DNA of 64,000 nt from Eledone cirrhosa. Its lineage: Eukaryota. The stretch lies in assembly GCA_964016885.1 (NCBI GenBank), contig OZ024742.1, positions 67,456,001 through 67,520,000 of the forward strand. The letters run 5' to 3'. Below the pieces are notes generated by a model, which worked only from the letters and a program-made list of their open reading frames with translations, was not told the DNA's origin and did not search any database. The stretch's first letter is position 1; the number at the start of each line of letters is the position of its first letter. A program made the translations under genes and the position numbers. Shown piece after piece: positions 55,384 through 64,000 of this stretch.

Positions 55384-56046
55384 TTAATTGTAAGTTGTGA
55401 TGTTGCTGTTCCACTCATATTTTCTATTTAATTTTGGTTGTAATTCTTTTATGTTTATTGCCTCTGTAATTTGTCTAAACATTGCATCTTTTCTGTGTGT
55501 AGATTCTATTTTTATTTCTATGTTCTCTAATTTACCCTTGTGTTCTATCTTAGCATGTTGGTAGAGTACAGATGATTCTTTATTATCTTGAAGGTCTCGC
55601 CAGTGTTCATTTATCCGTTCCCCTATACTACGAGCTGTCTCACCTATGTACACTATATTTTTGTTTCTACATTGTCCTTCAGTACATCTTATGCTATACA
55701 CTACATTTCTAGTTTTACAGTTAATATGGGGACTTATTTTACAGGTTATACATTTCTTATATATACATGAGGGTCTTTGGAACGGGTATGTCTTGCTAAT
55801 AAGTGTTTTTACGGAGGTACCTGGTCTTTCTACTATCTTAATATTGAGTTTATGTTTATTTAGGGCCCTTCTAAATGTGTAGGCTAGTTCGCCTCTAGGG
55901 GTTGTATCGATGAACATTACACTCTGGTATTTATTGCTATCATACCATGAGTTTATTCTATTGGCCTTGTTCCTAGTTCTTTCTATTCTATTCCAAAATT
56001 TGCTCCTATACAAGGGGCAGGTCCCATTTATGTCATTATTTAACAT
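55384..56046 (-). CDS. PLE-B GIY-YIG C-terminal ORF (inverted arm)
   Basis: CIYKKCITC linker, NVVYSIRC, YIGETARSIGERINEH. Confidence 0.8.
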   Translation of the reverse strand: MLNNDINGTCPLYRSKFWNRIERTRNKANRINSWYDSNKYQSVMFIDTTPRGELAYTFRRALNKHKLNIKIVERPGTSVKTLISKTYPFQRPSCIYKKCITCKISPHINCKTRNVVYSIRCTEGQCRNKNIVYIGETARSIGERINEHWRDLQDNKESSVLYQHAKIEHKGKLENIEIKIESTHRKDAMFRQITEAINIKELQPKLNRKYEWNSNITTYN

Positions 56047-56139
56047 TTTATTTTTTTCCCCATTTGGTTCTGGCTCCTCTATACACTCTGATTCTATCTC
56101 TCTGTACCTAACCAGAGCTCTGTGTCTAGTACAGGTAAT

Positions 56140-57232
56140 CGATGAGACCAGTCAGGAACTAGAGAAAAACACAATGGAAAGCGTCCAGCAAATAGCAAAC
56201 TCCATCCACCAGAGCATTAGAGTTACTATAGACTACCCAAGTAGACACCCCAACCATCGATTACCTGTACTAGACACAGAGCTCTGGTTAGGTACCATTA
56301 ACAACCAAAAACAAATCCTCCATTCCCATTATGCCAAACCCATGACTTCCAAACATCTGATCCACAGAAACTCGGCCATTTCGGACCATACCAAAATCAA
56401 CATACTGATTGCGGATTTGATACGGGTGATGAGAAATGTGTCCCGCATGTGCAACCCCGAAGAACTAGAGAGACACATACAACACTTCATCCACCGTATG
56501 CAGTTCTCTGGCTACAATCAGAGGGATAGAATCAGAGTGTATAGAGGAGCCAGAACCAAATGGTAAAAAATGTTAAATAATGACATAAATGGGACCTGCC
56601 CCTTGTATAGGAGCAAATTTTGGAATAGAATAGAAAGAACTAGGAACAAGGCCAATAGAATAAACTCATGGTATGATAGCAATAAATACCAGAGTGTAAT
56701 GTTCATCGATACAACCCCTAGAGGCGAACTAGCCTACAAATTTAGAAGGGCCCTAAATAAACATAAACTCAATATTAAGATAGTAGAAAGACCAGGTACC
56801 TCCGTAAAAACACTTATTAGCAAGACATACCCGTTCCAAAGACCCTCATGTATAGATAAGAAATGTATAACCTGCAAAATAAGCCCCCATATTAACTGTA
56901 AAACTAGAAATGTAGTGTATAGCATAAGATGTACTGAAGGACAATGTAGAAACAAAAATATAGTGTACATAGGTGAGACAGCTCGTAGTATAGGGGAACG
57001 GATAAATGAACACTGGCGAGACCTTCAAGATAATAAAGAATCATCTGTACTCTACCAACATGCTAAGATAGAACACAAGGGTAAATTAGAGAACATAGAA
57101 ATAAAAATAGAATCTACACACAGAAAAGATGCAATGTTTAGACAAATTACAGAGGCAATAAACATAAAAGAATTACAACAAAAATTAAATAGAAAATATG
57201 AGTGGAACAGCAACATCACAACTTACAATTAA
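56140..57232 (+). pseudogene. PLE-B RT thumb + GIY-YIG, one in-frame stop at 56564-56566
   Basis: LPVLDTELW, SHYAKPM, YIGETARS; clearly homologous to family A. Confidence 0.85.
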
Positions 57233-57436
57233 GGACAAAATGAAAACACACGCACACATAGAACAAATAACCAACCAATAACATGTAAATAAATAAACAA
57301 ATAGATAAATGAACACAAACACACACAGACACCCGGATGTGGCGCATGCGCAAACTGAGCACACAACACACACACAGAAACAAAATGGTGTAGGACAGAA
57401 GAAAGGAAAGGCACAGAAACAAAGAAAGGAATCCCC

Positions 57437-57481
57437 AGTCACTGAAGAGGTCACAGAGTGTGTGACGAAAGGACTATGACT
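57437..57481 (+). ncRNA. Minimal hammerhead ribozyme in PLE-B pLTR (inverted copy at 55136-55180)
   Basis: agtca-CTGAAGA-g-GTCACA gagtg TGTGAC-GAAA-ggac-TA-tgact. Confidence 0.85.
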
Positions 57482-57639
57482 ATATATAAACAACTATCTG
57501 GTTGTGGAACCAACCAACCAACCAGAAATTTATAAATTTGTAGATTTGTAACTTTATAAATTTATAAATATATAATAAATTGAAGTGAAAGCAACTGGTG
57601 CGTGTGTTTCTTATTGGCAACATGACCCTCCCAAAGTAT

Positions 57640-57699
<60 letters not shown>

Positions 57700-57776
57700 G
57701 TTTACATATATATATATACATACATACATACATACATACATACATACATACATACATACATACATACATACATACA

Positions 57777-57808
<32 letters not shown>

Positions 57809-57907
57809 CGTGTTTTGCAACGGGTAACTTTATGGCTCAATTAAAAGTTAGTAAATTAAATAATCAGAGCTATATTACATAAAACATGTCTATAGACATG
57901 TTTTATG

Positions 57908-57955
<48 letters not shown>

Positions 57956-58007
57956 TCGTGTGTATATATATGTATATATGTATGTATACGTATGTGTGCA
58001 TGTGTAA

Positions 58008-58053
<46 letters not shown>

Positions 58054-58105
58054 TCGTGTGTATATATATGTATATATGTATGTATACGTATGTGTGCATG
58101 TGTAA

Positions 58106-58186
<81 letters not shown>

Positions 58187-58187
<1 letters not shown>

Positions 58188-58540
58188 TAGCCGAATTACC
58201 CGCGCGTTGCTGTGTTCACACATTTTTCTTTTTTTTTTTGTAAGAAAATGATGATTGATTTTAAATCAGTTATATAATTTATGAAGAATATTACTAATTA
58301 AAATGTAATGCATCAAAAATTGGAAAACAACATTTTTTGTAAAATATGAAATCAAAATTACATTATAAAATCTTATTCTTATTTTGTTTCTTGTAAATAA
58401 TTCTTTTCAAAATATCTTTTCAAAACTTGATCATATCATATTTGTGTAAAGCATTATTTTCAAATTATAAATTCAAAGTTCTGGGCTTCCAAAATGTTCA
58501 CTATAGGGGGATTAACCCCCATTGGGGTGTCTTAGTATTA
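58187..58540 (-). mobile_element. Possible non-autonomous Helitron 3' end
   Basis: Minus strand ends gcaacgcgcgggtaattcggCTAG; extent uncertain. Confidence 0.45.
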
Positions 58541-58543
58541 TTG

Positions 58544-58589
<46 letters not shown>

Positions 58590-58591
<2 letters not shown>

Positions 58592-58948
58592 ACCTTGATC
58601 ACATTGAGCGACCAGTCTGTCGAGGCCGCTGGTCACAGCACGTTGCTGTTTTAGCCATACGATGACGCCATCCCACTGGCTGGGCGGACCGTACGTCTAA
58701 AGTCTGTCTTAAGTCAGAAGGCTAATTTGGTCGGTGCTTATCCCAGCTTCATGGCGTGAAGCGACTGAGAGCACGAGACACCCACCAGGACGCCAGTCCA
58801 TCGCAGGGTTAAACCTCCAGCCATTGCTGGTACTCATTTTCAGCTGAGTAAACTGGAGCAACGTGAAATAAAGTGTATTGCTCAAGGAAACTACACCTCA
58901 CCCAGTCCGAGAATTGAACTCACAACCATTCTATTACAAGCCCAATGT
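58590..58948 (-). mobile_element. tRNA-derived SINE of a second (CORE-like) family
   Basis: Minus strand B-box gagttcaattctc, then ccttgagcaatacactttatttcacgttgctccagtttactcagctgaaaatgagtacc. Confidence 0.7.
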
Positions 58949-58967
58949 TCTCTCTTTCTCTCTCTCT

Positions 58968-59017
<50 letters not shown>

Positions 59018-59744
59018 GAAAAAAATGAAATTTTATTTCTCACTCTAAGTACGGCTGTTACTTAAATATAAGTATGCATACGTACATATATATATGTATA
59101 CAGACGTACAGTAGTATGTATGCAGACTCATAAATGATGTGTTCGTGGAGAAACGATACGCAAATAAAACAAGTTAATACCGATAAAGATCAAAGTAATC
59201 TAATAAGTTAATTATTTTATGTTTAAAATGTTTAAAACACTAAACTTTAAAACACTAAATTTTCAGCGGTTACATCATAACAGTTGCGAACCGTGTTAAT
59301 TACAATTGATAATCTGCAAAATAGGCACAAGGTCTCATCGACAGACTGTCCTAATAAAAAGCGAAAGCCTATGTCACCCTAGTGAGAGCTAAATCAAAGC
59401 CTGCTATCCGCTCACGTTCTGGGACAGAAATGTCTAAACAGTTTGTGTCTATATTTCTGTGTGTGTGTGCGTATGTGGGTGTGTGGGTGTGTATGTGTGG
59501 GTGTGTCTTGGGTGTATATGTGGGCGTGTGGGTGTATGGCTGTGTGTGTGTGTGTGCGTGTGTGTGTGCGTGTGTGTGCGTGTGTGTATATACAAATGAA
59601 TTTAATTCGATATAGAAAACATCAACTCGCCGTATTATAAACACACATTTCGGCGTTAAAATATCCAGAAACAGAGAGCACTCATAAACGATAATATTAT
59701 ATGGACACAACATTTTAATATCTTGCAAACAAAACAGTAAAAAT

Positions 59745-59905
59745 ATTCTTATATTTTGAGTGTGTCCTGTTGCCAATAAAAACGCACGCACCTGTGGTTT
59801 TCACTTCAATTTATTATAAACTTACCGTCGGTTGGCTGGTTGGTTGGTTGGTTCGATAACCGTAAGATTGTTTATATATTGTCAAAGCTCTTTTGTCACA
59901 CAACC
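59745..59905 (-). mobile_element. Diverged PLE-B pLTR fragment
   Basis: tgttgccaataaaaacgcacgcacc..ttcacttcaatttattata..ggttggttggtt matches 54995-55155. Confidence 0.7.
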
Positions 59906-62900
59906 GGAAATTTCTCAAAGTATAAGGATATCTGTTTCAACACACGTTTTCAGAAAAGAATTCTCGCAAAACAAATTGAAAAACGAAGTAAAAATATTAC
60001 TTAAGTTATATTAGTAACATAGGAATATATTACCCTATTCATATTCATACGTATTGCATTTGTTACACCTTAAATGAATATTTATATCTAAAACAAATAA
60101 AACGAGACGTGTGTTTTGAGACAATTTCTTTCATTGGGGAATATCATTAAATTCTATTGGCCAAATGCAGATAGCAACCATGTGACTACTACTCTTATGT
60201 TCATGCAAGGCCTTTTCAGTTCATTTTAATCGCTAAACACTACAGTAGAATTTTTCTAAATTTCATCCGTTGGCATTATGAGGTATCATACGCTTTAGGC
60301 TCTGAACGTCAGAGATTCAGATCGAACGAAAGCTTGGGATGGAGGTTTCGGTGTAGTCTTGTTGGTATTTCATTGACTGATTCGTGCTGTTATCGTTGTA
60401 CACTACATACAAATATGCACGCTTACATTAATACATGTTTCTATCATTGAACAATTAACAGCATCACATTGTAAATATAATGAAATATTAAAATCATTAG
60501 TAAAAATAAACAATAATTAATGAATAAATGAACATGTAATGTGCGTGTCTCTGTGTGTGTGAGTGCATATGTGTGAATATGTATGTGTGTGTACACATAA
60601 GTAATTCAGTATTTTAAATTATATAAGACTTCATAGATGTATGTGTTTTCGTGACGTACACATGCATATACGCAAGTAAATGTATTTAATAATTATATTT
60701 TACCTTGTAACTTATGAACAATGGCGTCATTAGGTACACATTTTCAACAAGTGAATCACTAATGCACTACATTTTGTTAAAGTTAGTTATTGGCTCTGAG
60801 AAACAAAAAGTGGTTACGGAATATGTGTTGGAGGGGTTCATGGGAGCACGTTGTCATTTATGAAGTTACATACGGTACAAAATAATGGCAAACCAATTAG
60901 TCGATGATTTAATTAAATACGTAAACAATTTAATACGTAATTAATTACTTAAGAAATTACCTAATTGATTGATAATGAAACCTAAGAAAAATACAACCAA
61001 TGCGTGTGCATTTATTGGTAACTTGTATTTCTTGAATTACAACAATATTTAGTTCAACAAGTGATTTTACATCAAGAATTTTGCAAAGAACATACAAAAA
61101 ACAGAATACCTATACTTATTTTATTACATTTTGATATCGTATATTCTAGAACGTTTCCTCCCACCCTCGGCATTCTTATATGGATTATGTTTTCTTTCTC
61201 GTATTCTGTTGAACCTACATAGCAAATCCTTATAGTTGGATATTTTCCCCATTTATTTTAGAGGTAACATTATCGTATGTATGGAACAATTCTCTTATCA
61301 GAAGTTATTTTACGCCTGTGGGATGCTTAGACACAATATTCAACCGATTTATATTATCTCCTTCTGTTTAATACCAGGGTGAAATTCATTTTATAGCGTA
61401 ATTTTAACCACCTCCTTTCTGCAGGCATTTTCTAATGCTAACAGTATTTCTATTATTATATAAAAATTCTACTTTGTTCTAACTCTAAAAGTAATTATTT
61501 CTATCAAACCTTCACACGAATTAGAGTTACTTAATGCATTATGATTTCGACGGTTTCTGGTGTTAGGGGTTTTATTCTGTGTTGCAATTAATTCTCTTCG
61601 GACGCAACGTTAAAGCATACGCTTCTTAACCAATATTGCGATTTATATTTCTCTGATTCCATTCTATTCACTATTTACACCTAATTGCCATCTAGAAATT
61701 TTTGTTGGCACAAATTTCAAATGGCAATATGCAACCAAATTTTGTAGAAAAGATTGTTTTGTTTTGTTGTTTTTGTTTTGTTTTCAATAACTATAATCAA
61801 TTTTTCCATTCCCCTGATATTTGTTTCTTTCTTTCAGCCTTTATTTTCTGCTTGTAATTGATGGCTTCCTTGAAAACAAAATTTTATTTTCTGGCTTTGA
61901 CCTATATTTTTAGCTATTTGCAGTAATTTTCGATCCTTTACCAGATATCTTCACAGATCAACAGTGAGTAATTCATAGTATTTTCCACGTTTCATAAAAC
62001 CCTATTCCCTTGTATTCCTGGTAGATATGATTTTCTTATGTCAAATTTACGCTGTTGTATTCCAGAATTTTGCAAGCGTCCAGTTTGAAATATATATACA
62101 TCTTATTAGGAGTTAGAATATTAATGCATATTAGCACTTTTGCATTTGACTCTGTTTTAAGTATTAATCTAATAAATGCATATTATCTGCCCAGCACCCA
62201 AGTTTGTTTCATTTGTGTATATTGTAATCTATCTATTCGTTGTCAATATATGTTTACGTTTATACTTGTTCTGATCCCCTTCCCCTAAGAGATATTAATG
62301 TTTTTTAATAATGTTTTATTCTCGATTTTAATCACATCTCCAGTCAAACGATATCTTAAATACGTGATTCTATTGGTTTATCATCTGCAACATTTCAAAA
62401 TCTTACATGTGAAATAAGGATTCAGGTTCATCCCATAACATGTATATGCAAATTTGGTCTGGTTTATCAATCTTGTAATTTGATAATGGCGCTACTAACA
62501 GACGGAGTGTGTTGCAGTTGATTGAGATGAGGAGATTTTTTGCAGTACTATTTTGGCTCTGTATCGAAAGAAAAGTTTGCAACTTACACCTGAAGCATAT
62601 AATATCTCTGCTTGTTATTGGTGTTTCCTTACGCAAGGTTAATATTTCCAGGATGCTTATGAGGTGTACACTCAAAGGCATTTCAATGCGTTATCCATTA
62701 CATGTTCACTCTCAATTAATTTTTCCAGTCTTTCGCTGACGCGTCCTTGCCTGATATATCATTTTCCGGACTATATAGGACTTGCTACATCATATTTGCT
62801 CTTCTGAAAATCAGTTTTATTTATTTGCAGAAATGTATGCATCCTGCGAGAAAGAAGGTTATGGACCTAGAGCTTTAATTTGTTGTTTCGTAATTTCTGT

Positions 62901-63059
62901 GAATTGTCGCGTTTCCCATAAGGAAAACAATCTGGTCCGTCTATATCCTATTAAGCGAAACTTCTAAAATATTATGTCGTTGTGGGGTTATTTTCTAGGT
63001 GCATGACAAATATTCTCTATTGCAGCGTCTGCCATGATGACCATCTTTTTACAAAGACC

Positions 63060-63144
63060 TTCTTCTTCTTCTTCTTCTTCTTCTTCTTCTTCTTCTTCTT
63101 CTTCTTCTTCTTCTTCTTCTTCTTCTTCTTCTTCTTCTTCTTCT
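63060..63144. repeat. (TTC)n microsatellite
   Basis: Perfect trinucleotide run. Confidence 0.95.
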
Positions 63145-63611
63145 ACTGCAGAGAATTTAAGATAATGAGAATGTATAGTCAACGATTTTCACACAAGCGT
63201 TCCCAGAGATCATACTTCAAAGTATCTGCTGCTTTGATTAAACACAGAATGTGTCGGGTTTTCTTTTAAAATATAACATTTTGGTATATAGTCTGAATTT
63301 TCTATACATTAAAATATTGTATTATTGGAACGCAACATGTGCTTTTTCTCTTTTACTCGGTTTTTCATCTATGGAATGAGATATGATCCCGATTCTAAGA
63401 TAACATTATAGTGTTGATGAACCCTGATATCTCTCCAAAATCGATCTAGTGTTCAGTTAATCATGTTGATATAAGCATGGTGACCTTGACTGTTGAATAT
63501 CCATAACTTTTAACAAGAGTCTTGCGCCGATTACACAACAAATATCACAAACATGTAAACAAAACTTCCTCGTTTTTTTCTAATATATACACATTGATAC
63601 GTATATATAGC

Positions 63612-63785
63612 AATAATTGTTTCTACTTTAGGCACAAGGCCAGCAATTTACCCAGTGCATTACTGGTACTTTATTTTATCGACCCCGTAAGGATGAAAGG
63701 CATAGTCAACCTCGGCGGGATTTGAACTCAGATCGTAAAGGGACGTAACTATGCTGGAAAGCATGGCGTCCGACCCTCTACCGTA
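63612..63785 (-). mobile_element. tRNA-derived SINE copy
   Basis: Same family as 17203 and 35857. Confidence 0.85.
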
Positions 63786-64000
63786 TATATAGCAATAATA
63801 CGTATCAAAGAGGTGTCAAATTATATTTAAGTTTATTCAGGGGTGACGCGCAGTTCAAAATTGATTAGCTCAAGGTTCGATCTCTATTGATCGGGGCCGA
63901 TCTGGAATCAAAAGTTCACCAAACAATCACAGACAAATCATTCGAGGAATCAATGCTCCAGCACCTATGTACATAGAAGTAAATCGCAAAACGTAGATTC

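Larger units (their letters stand above)
54913..57646. mobile_element. Penelope-like element family B, 5'-truncated fold-back insertion
   Basis: ~54970-56100 is the reverse complement of ~56520-57645; small extra inversion at 56100-56140; (TA)n flanks. Confidence 0.92.

Overview
AT-rich animal genomic DNA, most likely octopus/cephalopod (inferred from the tRNA-headed SINE family and dense (TA)n/(CA)n/(GA)n microsatellites). No intact host gene is evident and most short ORFs are microsatellite artefacts. Identifiable elements: a Tx1/L1-type LINE (1-~5100, minus); two GIY-YIG Penelope-like (PLE) families, each inserted as a large fold-back with inverted arms (5988-12205, 54913-57646); a Naiad-like PLE (~49823-53450, minus); an RTE fragment; a decayed Helitron RepHel (37340-41933); and several SINEs. 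The main hidden signal is about 20 type-I minimal hammerhead ribozyme (HHR) motifs, intact or decayed, from roughly 9-10 unrelated sequence families. Several lie in short non-coding, retrozyme-like elements with a shared architecture: an inverted segment joined to more than one circularly permuted monomer (~320 nt and ~457 nt), flanked by (TA)n. One family uses a U3-A8 core (UUGAUAA) with covarying stems. All structures were read by eye, not computed, and coordinates are approximate to a few bases.
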